Origin: a virus
Virus record (IMG/VR): IMGVR_UViG_3300017527_000515
Coordinates: 51,458 to 115,457 of that record
Direction: 5' to 3' (one strand)
Length of the DNA: 64,000 nucleotides
Position 1 is the stretch's first letter. Each line of letters starts with the position of its first letter. The notes beneath the pieces are model-generated. The model had not been told where the DNA came from, did no database searches, and saw nothing but the letters and a program-made list of their open reading frames with translations. Made by a program: the position numbers and the translations under genes. Positions 9,706 to 19,923 of the stretch are shown here, one piece after another.

Positions 9706-11271
9706 TTACGCGTAGTCGAAATAGATACGGTAATTAATAGTGCTATTCGCGCCTACTTCTGATGCTCCAAGTTTTATATTGAGCCATACAGGATCAGCTA
9801 CCATACCTCCTGCGGTGCTAGTTCCTAAGGCTTCACTAGAGTCTGCGTCTGCTACAACAGCGAGACCTTCTTTGGTTGCATATAAATAGCTAGGTGGTAC
9901 ATCACTGCTTATATCAGCAGCGGTTACATTGGTTCTCCATTCATACCCGTCCATGGGGGCAGTGCCAGCATTATTACCTGGACCTACGGTACCAAATCTA
10001 AAATAAGTATCATTGTTACCTTCTCCGTGGTGTTCGAAGTTTCCATGGTTTTGAAGACCAAATTTAACTGTGTCAATCTCCACAGCGCCTGCCATGATTT
10101 CAAACAAGACACTCCTAACCGGAGATTCTGTGGATACTGTAACATTACCATAGTTTAAGTTGGTTATATCATATGCTGATGGTTGCGGAGGAGTACAGAT
10201 TAACATGAATTCATCACCGGCCGTTAAATCGGCACTCAAAGGTGCTGTAAATTTAACATACAAACCCCTACTACCTAGACGTGTCCAGCCAGTAGATGTA
10301 GTGTATGCAGTATCTGCGTCATCCCCCCTACTACTTCCCCATATAAATTGAGCTGTTCCTATTGGCGCCGAAGTGTTCGAACCTTCTGCGAATTGAACTT
10401 GCTGGCAGGTAATATCCCAAGCAGGGTCACAGGTATTAAAGATAGCATCGGTAAACTTAACCATCAGCCCCTTAGTCCCTACCTTGTACCAATAATTTGC
10501 ATATAACAGTTCTATACCAGTAAGGTTGTCATCCACATTTCCAGTAGATTCCCAGGTAAGAACAGGTACATTACCAGTACCAGCACCCATAGTAGTACCG
10601 TTAGTAGTACTAATTGCTAAGGTGTATTGGATAGTAGTATTCCAGTTGTAATAACCTCCAGTTGTGATCGTTCCAGTGTAACTATTAGTTCCACCCTTAG
10701 AAGGTGTCCCTATACTTACCTCTTTATTAACAACTATGGTGTATGTCTCATCAAAAAATCCATTGTATGTACCAGAAACGGAAACATAGTTATTCGTTTC
10801 TGCATTGGGTGAGCCAGTTGAGTTATTAACCGAACCACCTACTTCGGTTTTAGTTCCCCAACCTAACTCTAGATGTGCTGTATTAGTACCACTCCATACA
10901 GTCATACTAGCTGAGCTGCCGAGAGTTCCAGAATATAATTTAAACTGGTTATCGTCCCAAACACACTGAGCTTGATCCCAGGCTGTAGTGGCCTGGCCTG
11001 CATTATGCATGGCTTCTGTAATATCTTTTGCAACAAATCTGGGGTCAAGGTCTACGCCGCTTGCCAGCGTAATACCAAGAGGGCTTGCCGGGCTTCCATC
11101 TATCTTAAGATAGAGTCTATTGTTTGTGGTACCTATATTAAATGTGTCATCTACAGGAGCTGTAGCCAACGAATAGCCTCGGGTACCTCTTCCCCAATTG
11201 GTTCCTCCACCAGTGCCACCTACACCGGCCTCAGAAATGTCGTATTGTACCCATCGAGTTACTGCACTCAT
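9706..11271 (-). CDS. Virion structural protein (521 aa, T/G-rich, beta-rich)
   Basis: AGGAG RBS; Thr/Gly-rich; N-terminal domain shared with 20880..21845 and 1..3187; followed by a terminator. Confidence 0.7.
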   Translation of the reverse strand: MSAVTRWVQYDISEAGVGGTGGGTNWGRGTRGYSLATAPVDDTFNIGTTNNRLYLKIDGSPASPLGITLASGVDLDPRFVAKDITEAMHNAGQATTAWDQAQCVWDDNQFKLYSGTLGSSASMTVWSGTNTAHLELGWGTKTEVGGSVNNSTGSPNAETNNYVSVSGTYNGFFDETYTIVVNKEVSIGTPSKGGTNSYTGTITTGGYYNWNTTIQYTLAISTTNGTTMGAGTGNVPVLTWESTGNVDDNLTGIELLYANYWYKVGTKGLMVKFTDAIFNTCDPAWDITCQQVQFAEGSNTSAPIGTAQFIWGSSRGDDADTAYTTSTGWTRLGSRGLYVKFTAPLSADLTAGDEFMLICTPPQPSAYDITNLNYGNVTVSTESPVRSVLFEIMAGAVEIDTVKFGLQNHGNFEHHGEGNNDTYFRFGTVGPGNNAGTAPMDGYEWRTNVTAADISSDVPPSYLYATKEGLAVVADADSSEALGTSTAGGMVADPVWLNIKLGASEVGANSTINYRIYFDYA

Positions 11272-11291
11272 AAAACTGTCCTCCTTAATTG

Positions 11292-12905
11292 TTATTCGGG
11301 CTCGTCTTCTATTCTAAATTCAAACGTGAATGGTTCCATCACGTTGCCTGCGAAATCTTTTGCCCTTACTTCTACTCTAAATACCTTGCCATAAAAATAA
11401 ATGGTGTCCGTAGTAGGAGTGATAGATGCGCCTAAATTTTTCTCGCTCCAAGGCATGCCGACTATACTAGCGCCTAGACTTATGGACTCTTTAGGCGTCG
11501 ATCTGAAAAAATAAGCGTCGGTGCCGGTATTAGGACAGCTAGCTAAATTTTCTGCGGTGCCCCTCACAACTACCTGACTTCCAAAGCCATAATCCTGTGT
11601 ACGATTATCATACTCTACTATGTAACCAGAGGTTAAATAAAAATCTCTCTCCAGGGCATCACCATTATCATTCTCTGTATGTACCGTAACTGTAGTAGCT
11701 CCGGTCAGGTCAGCGAAATCATTTGGAGAGTCAAAACACATTGTATACCCATCTGTTATCGGGGTATAGGTGTTGCCCGAAGTCACAGTCTCACCTATTA
11801 TAAAATATGATCCTGAGGTTACTACATTATGGACATCATCAGTTAAATCTACACATATTGTTCCTGATGCGGAAGCATATTCTTCTATATCCAAAGAGAA
11901 ATTAGAAATCTTTAGAGATAACAAATCTACATCGAAAGTCCAGCCATTAGTTCCAGACACTCCACTGATAGCTTCGTAATAATAATACCCTATTGTGCCT
12001 GATACAACCTCACCCTCAAAGGAGTAAGACACCAAGTCAACTGGGAAATCTATCCCTGAGAACGATGTGTGGCCACATACACCATCAAAATAATAAAACC
12101 CAGACGTTGTAGCGGTAGATTCTATATCTAAAGGTATATCTATTACCGATCCTGATATTACTGTAGCTTCCCACTCCGCGGCCTGCCTATCCTTCTCTAA
12201 TCCATTTAACATGTGAAATCTGTAAGTATATTTATCTGGATGAAACTCTACAGGATATCCAGCTAAAAATAATTCACAATCTTGTGATTGGGTACCTTCG
12301 TAATCCAATGCACCCATCGTAAAATAATGTGTGAAATTTTCTATCCCAGAGTTTATAACTTGATCCTCTGGCGGGCCAGGAATTAACGGATCGTAATGCC
12401 CACCTGCTGTATAATGAGCTTCATAATCATCGTCTATCTCCTCATCACCGAAGATCCAATAAGTTCCTAATATATTATCTGATGATGGATATAATTGGCC
12501 ACCTGTGTATTTTATTCTGGCATCTAAGGCGCCAGATATCTTAGTCAGGCCAGTGAAATATTGTAGGTCTACATCATCCGTTCTTGTTAATCCACTATTA
12601 GTGGTTGGTATAGAATAGTCTACCAATGCTACAGCCATTCCACTCTCAGTAGGATGAGTTTCATATTTATGTGCTGTACTTGTAAAACCATCATGCTGCA
12701 CAGCGCCACTCCAAGTAGCAAAATACTCATGGTATGTGGTGATAGTGCCGCTTATTTCTGGAAGTACTACGTAGTCCGCACCTATATCGCGCTGGCCTAT
12801 ATTCTCCAACTGACCAGCTATAAAAGAAGAATATATGTCTCCGATTCCTGAAGCAACTGAGAAAAAAGATGATTCAATATATATGTCAATGGTACCATCT
12901 GGCAT
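11292..12905 (-). CDS. Virion protein with Ser-Gly repeats and a C-terminal Ig-like strand set
   Basis: 537 aa with 17 SG dipeptides; the C-terminal YGKVFRVEVRAKDFAGN resembles bacterial Ig-like domain ends. Confidence 0.65.
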   Translation of the reverse strand: MPDGTIDIYIESSFFSVASGIGDIYSSFIAGQLENIGQRDIGADYVVLPEISGTITTYHEYFATWSGAVQHDGFTSTAHKYETHPTESGMAVALVDYSIPTTNSGLTRTDDVDLQYFTGLTKISGALDARIKYTGGQLYPSSDNILGTYWIFGDEEIDDDYEAHYTAGGHYDPLIPGPPEDQVINSGIENFTHYFTMGALDYEGTQSQDCELFLAGYPVEFHPDKYTYRFHMLNGLEKDRQAAEWEATVISGSVIDIPLDIESTATTSGFYYFDGVCGHTSFSGIDFPVDLVSYSFEGEVVSGTIGYYYYEAISGVSGTNGWTFDVDLLSLKISNFSLDIEEYASASGTICVDLTDDVHNVVTSGSYFIIGETVTSGNTYTPITDGYTMCFDSPNDFADLTGATTVTVHTENDNGDALERDFYLTSGYIVEYDNRTQDYGFGSQVVVRGTAENLASCPNTGTDAYFFRSTPKESISLGASIVGMPWSEKNLGASITPTTDTIYFYGKVFRVEVRAKDFAGNVMEPFTFEFRIEDEPE

Positions 12906-12918
12906 CTAAATCCCCTCA

Positions 12919-13623
12919 TTAGGTATATGAATAATGTAATGTTATTACAAAGTCATGAACCCCGTAAGGAACAGACCCGTTTATATTGTCTAACCATGGC
13001 CTGACAATTAGGTAATCACCCTGTCTACCTGAAGTGGGGAATGAATAAATCATATCAAAATCACCGTAGTAATAGTCCACACCACTAACTGTGGTATTAC
13101 CCTTAAGAGTTATGTTGTATTCTGGTGCAAATGGGTCTTCTGGTTCTAATGTACCAGGGTCAACCGGGCCGCCATACTTAACAACAGAAGGGGCTTGTTC
13201 TGTGCCGCCTGACCAACTATAGTTGGCACAGGATGCTTTTACCCTATCGGAATCTATCAGAAAATTATTTATGGAACTGTGAGTAACACTGTCCCATGCA
13301 GTTAAACGGTTATTGTAATTTTCACCCGATGTCACCTCAAATACTATGGAGTTTCTAAGGTCAAACCCACTAACCGTAGTCGACGGGTCCTGAGCAGGAT
13401 AGAAAGATTCTATACTAGGGACCTGTCTGTTAAATATCCTCCACATAGTATCACCTGTAACTTCATACCAAGTAGCCAGAGGCAGTTCGCCTGGTAAGAT
13501 GTGAGATCTAGTACCAGCTGTATTAGGGCTCACTAAGTTGGGGCTGGTGAAGACTACTGTTGATAGGTCATGCCAGCTCGGTGTATCATATTCATAAAAA
13601 CTTGTAGTTATAGTAACAGCCAT
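12919..13623 (-). CDS. Putative virion protein, paralog of 14104..14808
   Basis: 234 aa; LTAWDS and C-terminal LHYSYT match LEAWDD and FRYLYT in 14104..14808; GGAGG RBS. Confidence 0.65.
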   Translation of the reverse strand: MAVTITTSFYEYDTPSWHDLSTVVFTSPNLVSPNTAGTRSHILPGELPLATWYEVTGDTMWRIFNRQVPSIESFYPAQDPSTTVSGFDLRNSIVFEVTSGENYNNRLTAWDSVTHSSINNFLIDSDRVKASCANYSWSGGTEQAPSVVKYGGPVDPGTLEPEDPFAPEYNITLKGNTTVSGVDYYYGDFDMIYSFPTSGRQGDYLIVRPWLDNINGSVPYGVHDFVITLHYSYT

Positions 13624-13634
13624 CTTTTTTCCTC

Positions 13635-14093
13635 CTAACTAGTATACTTCCATGCTTTGCTCATGTGTTTAGGCAGGGGCTCGCGGCCTACGAACACATC
13701 GCCTATTTTGAATTTGGTATCTATTGAATCTTGCTTCAGCATTATTTTCCATGTCTGAACACAATGTGGTTCCAAACATTTTACTTGTATTGAATGAAAC
13801 ACCCTACTACCATCTACACCTAAACTACATTCTATCAAAGGCATATATGCTTTAAACTTAGGTATAAGTATTACCTTGCCTGTACTTAAAACATACGATA
13901 ACTCCATAAAACCATCGGGTATATCATCCCAGCCTGTCTCAAATAAATTATTACCCTTTATTATCTTTCCATCTGGATATCTAACCATAAAATAACAATT
14001 GTATGGGTTAACACTAACCACCGTGTTAGATGCCCCGTAAACCTTCGCGTCCTGTTCTGTCATGTGGCTAAAATTTGGTAATTGGTTGTCCAT
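13635..14093 (-). CDS. Hypothetical protein, paralog of 9255..9569
   Basis: Start revised to ATG 14093 (MDNQLPN), preceded by AGGAGAGG; motif YFMVRYPDGKII..GWDDIP. Confidence 0.65.
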   Translation of the reverse strand: MDNQLPNFSHMTEQDAKVYGASNTVVSVNPYNCYFMVRYPDGKIIKGNNLFETGWDDIPDGFMELSYVLSTGKVILIPKFKAYMPLIECSLGVDGSRVFHSIQVKCLEPHCVQTWKIMLKQDSIDTKFKIGDVFVGREPLPKHMSKAWKYTS

Positions 14094-14103
14094 AATCCTC
14101 TCC

Positions 14104-14808
14104 TTAAGTATATAAATATCTAAATCCAAACACCGGTGTGTTATGGAATGTTACAGAGTCTGTTTCAAGCCTGATATAAACGTTGAAGAACACTACCTCG
14201 TCTGTTATATGTGTCAGACCAACCCCCTGGAAAGCTACCCTATCACTGCTGCCTCTTAAGAACGCCCCGCCGTTGGTGCTCCCGTCCCATGGATATGGCA
14301 TTACCCCGCCATTACCAGCCTTAGCGGCATCGGTATTTATGGCGTTGACATGACTTTCATTACCGCTGTTGGCGCTACCTGTTAGTACCTCTGAAGTATA
14401 TGTGCTAAAAGAGAAATCATCCCAAGCTTCTAGATACAACTGCCCCTCTATGGTACCACTGGTAGATACTCCAAATGCGTAGGATTTAGTATTAGGTGAA
14501 TCCAATCTACTAGCGGAAGGCACTCTATACATTGTTGCGCCGGACTCCATAAACACATACGGAATAACATAACTGGTCACTGCTGGTCTAATCGTAGGAG
14601 ATCTACTTCCAGAAGCTAATGTCATTTGTGTTTCATCAGCTATTAGATGTGGATTCCAATCGTCTATGCCTCCACCTGTGAAAATAACAGTATCCACCCC
14701 AGGAGTGATCTCTCTCCACACCGAGCCGCCTGTGCCGCCCGTATGAAAATCGTATCTCTCATCTACGTCAGAGTGGTTATAAAGAAATTTTAAATAAGGC
14801 TCTGCCAT
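14104..14808 (-). CDS. Putative virion protein, paralog of 12919..13623
   Basis: 234 aa; GGAGG RBS; shares motifs with 12919..13623. Confidence 0.65.
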   Translation of the reverse strand: MAEPYLKFLYNHSDVDERYDFHTGGTGGSVWREITPGVDTVIFTGGGIDDWNPHLIADETQMTLASGSRSPTIRPAVTSYVIPYVFMESGATMYRVPSASRLDSPNTKSYAFGVSTSGTIEGQLYLEAWDDFSFSTYTSEVLTGSANSGNESHVNAINTDAAKAGNGGVMPYPWDGSTNGGAFLRGSSDRVAFQGVGLTHITDEVVFFNVYIRLETDSVTFHNTPVFGFRYLYT

Positions 14809-14816
14809 GATTCCTC

Positions 14817-17800
14817 CTATGAAACTCTATAAATAACCGGTGTTATCTTACTTTTATCTGTAACATCTTTGTCATGTACCTGGATTCTAATGGTCTGCTC
14901 GTCTACTCCATCTCCGGCCCCAAGTACTATAAAAGATACATCTCTGAATCTAGGCATTCCACGCAAGCATTTTTTAGGATCAAAGCCGGTAAACCATGGC
15001 ACCTCACTATGTCTTGTATAGAACCTATAACTATCTCTAAGTTGATTCTTATTTTCCGATATATCTTTTACTCTCACCCCTACAGAATATTCCTTTCCGT
15101 ACTGTAGATCATAAGGTAAATCTATTGATACTTTGTAGTGATTTATACTCACTTGTTCTATAGTTGTGTCTGGATTATGCTCTAATCCAGCGTGGTATAC
15201 TATCCTGGAATTAAGAAAAACTTCTAACGTATCTATATCTACACCCTCACCGGCATCTTTAATCTCAAAATATAACTTTGTGTCCAATGGCACTTGGTCC
15301 TCTTCTCTGGCAGGATCTTCGGCCTCTAAGTAAGGAGAATTATAGTCTGGTATAATTCTAAACCAGTAGTCTGTATAAATAAAATTAGGTTCAGCTGCCG
15401 TGTCGAACACCTCTATATGTACATAAATTAAAGCATTGTGGTGGTATATATCTGGGTTATCATATCTAAACTCTATACCCAGAACGCCGCCTCCTGCATC
15501 GAAATATTCCAAAGTTACCCTATCGTTGTTAGGGGGCCAGCCATATTTCTCTATTACATCATAGTAGCCTGTATCATAGTGAACATCATCTACTGTCCAT
15601 ACCTCTCTAACATAGAACTTAAGAGAGTCTCCGTTAAGACTGAAAGCAAATGGCCTCATTCTAATCCATATATCAGTCTCTCTAGGATTTTTCTCGCTCC
15701 AGAATGCGGGGACTGCGTCCTCTACGAATATAAACTGATCTAGTCTGACATTAGTTTTTAAGGTAGAACTGTATTGCCCGTCTACCCAATGGCTGTGTTT
15801 ACTCATATTTAACTGACTAAACATCAAATCATAAATTGAATCCAGCTGGAACAGTCTATGTGGTATAGGCTGGCCATCTTCTAATTTACACTTTGGTGAA
15901 CACCCGGCGACGTCCATATCTTTATAGTATTGCCAATACCAAAGTGGTTGTGGTAATATTAAAGGTCTAGCTTGCTCCTCTAGTTCGTTATCAGGATCGG
16001 AAGTGTCGGTTAAGTAATATCCTGGAGGAATTCCCCATTGACTTACTTCCAATACTTGTCTTATATAATTATTCCTTGGTTGTCTATTTGAAGTAGTAGC
16101 ACACTTAGAAGATAAAGGGTCTGAAGTATCACCTGGAGTTTTATCCCATGTAATACAATCCCAAATACAACTCATGTTGTAGAACTCAGACGGCGGGCCA
16201 TCTTCTCTTTCGGGCGTTCTTTGAAACCATGGCCAGCACGAACTCACATCTGCTGAATTGAAGGACGGGTCTACCCAATTAGCGCCGGGCTGACCAAAAA
16301 AAGAATAATTTAAAGTATAGACCCTAGGCTCTGTGACTATTTTTTCGCTGCCGCCTGTTTCATGTGGATAGGCTAATATTTTGAATGGATCGAATAATTG
16401 CCTCATACCATACAAACGACCAAACTCCCATGATTTTTGAAACATCGATGCGTCGCCGAACCCACCATTATACTCTACTTTCCCGTCTACCAATATACTA
16501 TTCCAGCAATACTCACTCCCTGTAAACGCCGAACTTTTATCTGCCCTGACGCTGACAATAGTTGGACCTGTGTATAGTCCGCCGGGAGTATAACCTACAA
16601 ATGCTCTTCCATCTTTATCAGTTAATGTCTTGCCGTCTACGGGAGTAAACTGCGCTCCCAGATCGCTGCTATCGTCTGAGAATTCTATATTAACATCTCT
16701 TAGTCCTACACCAAATTGATCTCTAGTCTGAACATATATAGCAGTAGAGTCTGGTCCTATTGTGTATTGCTGTAACATATATATGGAAACATTGTGCGTG
16801 TAAGGTAAAAGAGTGTCCTGTTGATAGTTATAAGTAGCCCACGACTCAGTAATTTTGTGGCCACTATCATTCTTTGTGGTAGCCTTCCTCATTAACTTAT
16901 ATATATTAAACTGATCAAAGACTATGTCATATACCTCAAAATGATCTTTATTATTTTGATCTACGTTAGTAAGAAACATAGACTTCCATTTTAAGTATGA
17001 ATCATAAGGACGTATAAATAGTAGCTGACTACCGTTAATTCCTGCTACTGCTGCTACTTCTGTACTCCATCTAGCACCAGTAATTCTAGCATACTCTCCA
17101 CTTGTGGCGTATTCTAATCTTGTACCTGAATAAATATCATGCTTATACATAGTTCCATATCTACTATCTCCAGCATATCCTATGGAACTTACTAAATATA
17201 CATTATTAAAAAATGTTATCTGATCTCCGAACGCATATTGATAGAATAATGGACTGTTTAGAAAAACTCTGTCTCCATTTATAAAACTGACCGTGACCTT
17301 TTCTGTAGCGCCTACATTATCTGTATCTGAGCTAGGTCCTAGAAACAGAGTGTCGCCGGGCTCTAATCTATTAGCACTGCTTATATCTAAATAGTTCTGG
17401 CCAGAGGGTGCTGCAAAACCAAAAGATCTATGATAATGTTCAGCGGCCATTGCTTCTATATCATAATGGAAATTGCCAGTGGTGTATTTAACATGTTGTT
17501 GCTTTAGATCTAAAGTTAAAAATCCAGTATTGGTTTCCCATCTTTTAATTATACACTGCTCACTACTACTAAGTGGATTTCCGTACCCATCATAATCTGG
17601 CACTCTCTCTACAGTAATAAAAGTTACGCCATCTATCATTTCTGTAAGATTCAGCGGACCGCAATATTCTATACCTACCAAGGTGTTATCTGGATGTATG
17701 TTGGAAGATAAAGTATAGTCCGCTATTAATCCTCCGGCGGTGTTCTTTATCCTCATCCTAGTATCAGCTTCCGAGGTATTAATAGAACCAAAAGTACCTG

Positions 17801-17852
17801 CCTGTGCAGTCAGGGTAAAATTGGAATATTGCAAGTTAACATTAGTCGCCAT
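14817..17852 (-). CDS. Virion protein with invasin-type (Big_1-like) and further Ig-like domains (1011 aa)
   Basis: VQTRDQFGVGLRDVNIEF...TDKDGRAFVGYTPG is Big_1-like. The C-terminus has an Ig-like PYLEAEDP...GVDIDTLEVFLN...VRVKD segment. The N-terminal ~450 aa are paralogous to 17864..19255. Confidence 0.7.
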   Translation of the reverse strand: MATNVNLQYSNFTLTAQAGTFGSINTSEADTRMRIKNTAGGLIADYTLSSNIHPDNTLVGIEYCGPLNLTEMIDGVTFITVERVPDYDGYGNPLSSSEQCIIKRWETNTGFLTLDLKQQHVKYTTGNFHYDIEAMAAEHYHRSFGFAAPSGQNYLDISSANRLEPGDTLFLGPSSDTDNVGATEKVTVSFINGDRVFLNSPLFYQYAFGDQITFFNNVYLVSSIGYAGDSRYGTMYKHDIYSGTRLEYATSGEYARITGARWSTEVAAVAGINGSQLLFIRPYDSYLKWKSMFLTNVDQNNKDHFEVYDIVFDQFNIYKLMRKATTKNDSGHKITESWATYNYQQDTLLPYTHNVSIYMLQQYTIGPDSTAIYVQTRDQFGVGLRDVNIEFSDDSSDLGAQFTPVDGKTLTDKDGRAFVGYTPGGLYTGPTIVSVRADKSSAFTGSEYCWNSILVDGKVEYNGGFGDASMFQKSWEFGRLYGMRQLFDPFKILAYPHETGGSEKIVTEPRVYTLNYSFFGQPGANWVDPSFNSADVSSCWPWFQRTPEREDGPPSEFYNMSCIWDCITWDKTPGDTSDPLSSKCATTSNRQPRNNYIRQVLEVSQWGIPPGYYLTDTSDPDNELEEQARPLILPQPLWYWQYYKDMDVAGCSPKCKLEDGQPIPHRLFQLDSIYDLMFSQLNMSKHSHWVDGQYSSTLKTNVRLDQFIFVEDAVPAFWSEKNPRETDIWIRMRPFAFSLNGDSLKFYVREVWTVDDVHYDTGYYDVIEKYGWPPNNDRVTLEYFDAGGGVLGIEFRYDNPDIYHHNALIYVHIEVFDTAAEPNFIYTDYWFRIIPDYNSPYLEAEDPAREEDQVPLDTKLYFEIKDAGEGVDIDTLEVFLNSRIVYHAGLEHNPDTTIEQVSINHYKVSIDLPYDLQYGKEYSVGVRVKDISENKNQLRDSYRFYTRHSEVPWFTGFDPKKCLRGMPRFRDVSFIVLGAGDGVDEQTIRIQVHDKDVTDKSKITPVIYRVS

Positions 17853-17863
17853 AAATTATCCTA

Positions 17864-19255
17864 TTAATCCGAAGGAGATTCAACTCCTCCCTGCTGTGCA
17901 GTAGCTGTTATCTTAACTTCTCTAGCAGCCGTACCTGCTGTATATGTAGTTTCAGCTACACCGTCTGAATCAGTATTAGCTGGGTTAGGCCCAGTAATAG
18001 CACCATTAGCATCGTCATCTGTAAAATATACTAATTTACCGCCAATCGGTAAATTGTGTTGATCTTTAACAATGGCTGTAATCTGCGAAGTGTTAACTCC
18101 ATTGGCCGGTAAAATAGCTGGGTTAGCCCTGAGACTTATACTTGTAATAAACGGCTCTAAGGTTGATAGCTGATAGCTGTATGTGCCATCAGAAAATGTA
18201 TAAGTAGCCCCATAGTAAGTGGCTTTCCTCTGCAGCCTATACACATTAACACCTTCCATTGTTAAATCATAAATAGGTATAACCGTAGCTTGATCATCTT
18301 CCACATTGTCCATAGTCATAGAACCAAAGCTATCGTTGAAATTGTCTGGATTCAAAAATATAATATTGGTAGTTCGAACATAACATATAGAATTAAACTT
18401 AGGCCAGTTGAACGCGTCATTAGCTGGGGTATCTTGCCAATCCCTATCAAATATATAATTAGGCACATCGAAGAAAGTACAAGCATCTACATTTTTATAC
18501 TCACCGCCAGCAAATCTAGTCTGGTAAGATCCTGTGTAAGCATTAAATTGATATAAAGCACCGTCAGCGCTGGACACGCCGTCCCAGTTGTTGAAAACCC
18601 AAATGTTATTGTAGAAGGATGCTGGGTCTCCGTACCTATCTTGGTAATCATTACCGACACCAGAGGCGGTTGGGCCCTCATAAGCATAAGTAGTTGAACC
18701 ATTTAGGTTAACATTATAAATAGTCTCCTGACCAGTAGCCTGTACTGTAACAGAGTTCACAGATATGTCTTCTCTTTGGCCATTAGCATTAGGGCCAAGT
18801 GATATAGTCATACCACTTTGCAGTTTGGCTATTAGATCAAAGTCAGCCTGTTTAGTTTTGGGCTGATACATACTCAACACTGAGGAACTTGTCGAGGCGT
18901 TGCTTTTGAATCTTAGATGGTAGTGTTCTATGGCCATAGCTTCGGACTGATATTTATGAGAAGCATCTGGTACCATAGTGAAATTATCTCGTTGTTTTAG
19001 AACATAATTCTCTAGATTCCAGCGCTTTATACGTATAGTATCGCTGCCTGGGTTTTCCAATGTCCAGAAATTTCTGCCATCATACTCCATACTGACTATT
19101 TGAGTAGATATAGTAGTGTCTAGTGGGTATGAATAGGCCTGGGTACCATCATCAGTCTTTACAATCATGGCGTCTTGGGACTGGTCCATCATATAAAAGT
19201 AACCATCTATCATGGTTACATTTTGCCTAAGTAATGTTATATTTTCATAAGCCAT
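17864..19255 (-). CDS. Virion protein with C-terminal invasin-type Ig (Big_1-like) domain (463 aa)
   Basis: ANPAILPANGVNTSQITAIVKDQHNLPI...TDSDGVAETTYTAG is a typical Big_1 pattern. Confidence 0.75.
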   Translation of the reverse strand: MAYENITLLRQNVTMIDGYFYMMDQSQDAMIVKTDDGTQAYSYPLDTTISTQIVSMEYDGRNFWTLENPGSDTIRIKRWNLENYVLKQRDNFTMVPDASHKYQSEAMAIEHYHLRFKSNASTSSSVLSMYQPKTKQADFDLIAKLQSGMTISLGPNANGQREDISVNSVTVQATGQETIYNVNLNGSTTYAYEGPTASGVGNDYQDRYGDPASFYNNIWVFNNWDGVSSADGALYQFNAYTGSYQTRFAGGEYKNVDACTFFDVPNYIFDRDWQDTPANDAFNWPKFNSICYVRTTNIIFLNPDNFNDSFGSMTMDNVEDDQATVIPIYDLTMEGVNVYRLQRKATYYGATYTFSDGTYSYQLSTLEPFITSISLRANPAILPANGVNTSQITAIVKDQHNLPIGGKLVYFTDDDANGAITGPNPANTDSDGVAETTYTAGTAAREVKITATAQQGGVESPSD

Positions 19256-19923
19256 TATTTAATACCTCCGGTTATTTCACCTATATTCACGCTCTTTATT
19301 TCTTCTTCTGGTATAGCTATCCAAGTTGGTGGTACGTAAAGAGCTGTCTTCAGTTCAGGATCTCTGACAAATGCCTTTAGTTCTTTTATTCTATCTATAG
19401 GTTTGGTTTTAATAGGCTCAAGCTTTCTATTAATACCTCTATCGACCGTTGTCAGAATTACCATAGGTCCGCGTATTCTCTCTATAGCTGCACGTATCTC
19501 AACTAAGTATCTGTTCTTCAGATTAGCTGTAAAATCATGCACGCGGCACCCTAGATTAAAAAAGACGCCTTTTCTGGATAAAATACTACCGAACAAATTA
19601 GGAAGATTTCCTACTTCCTGGTAGCAACCATTGTCCAGTACCATAACAAACATGTTCTTGCAGCCACTAACTGCCACCTGACCTAGGGCAGCCAGCTCTC
19701 TGATAAGGTCGCCCTCACCTACAAAAAGAAACACACGCTTGTCAGTACTCAATGCTATACCTAGAGCAAACGAAACTGATATACCAAAATAATCTTCCAT
19801 GTAAAAAGATCCCGGCCTATCATACTTATAAGCTTCCTTACACAACTCCTTGCCGGAAAATATTGCTATGTCAGAATCAGAAAATAACTTTACTAACTCC
19901 TTTATTACTGTATACCTCTTCAT
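19255..19923 (-). CDS. ComE-like / phosphonopyruvate decarboxylase C-terminal (ThDP-binding PP) domain protein, degenerate
   Basis: MKRY...DRPGSFYM...ALGIALS.DKRV...GEGD...KN...VLDNGCY..VG aligns by eye to ComE/AepY-C (DRPxNFYMLGSMG, GDG...DN). Confidence 0.8.
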   Translation of the reverse strand: MKRYTVIKELVKLFSDSDIAIFSGKELCKEAYKYDRPGSFYMEDYFGISVSFALGIALSTDKRVFLFVGEGDLIRELAALGQVAVSGCKNMFVMVLDNGCYQEVGNLPNLFGSILSRKGVFFNLGCRVHDFTANLKNRYLVEIRAAIERIRGPMVILTTVDRGINRKLEPIKTKPIDRIKELKAFVRDPELKTALYVPPTWIAIPEEEIKSVNIGEITGGIK

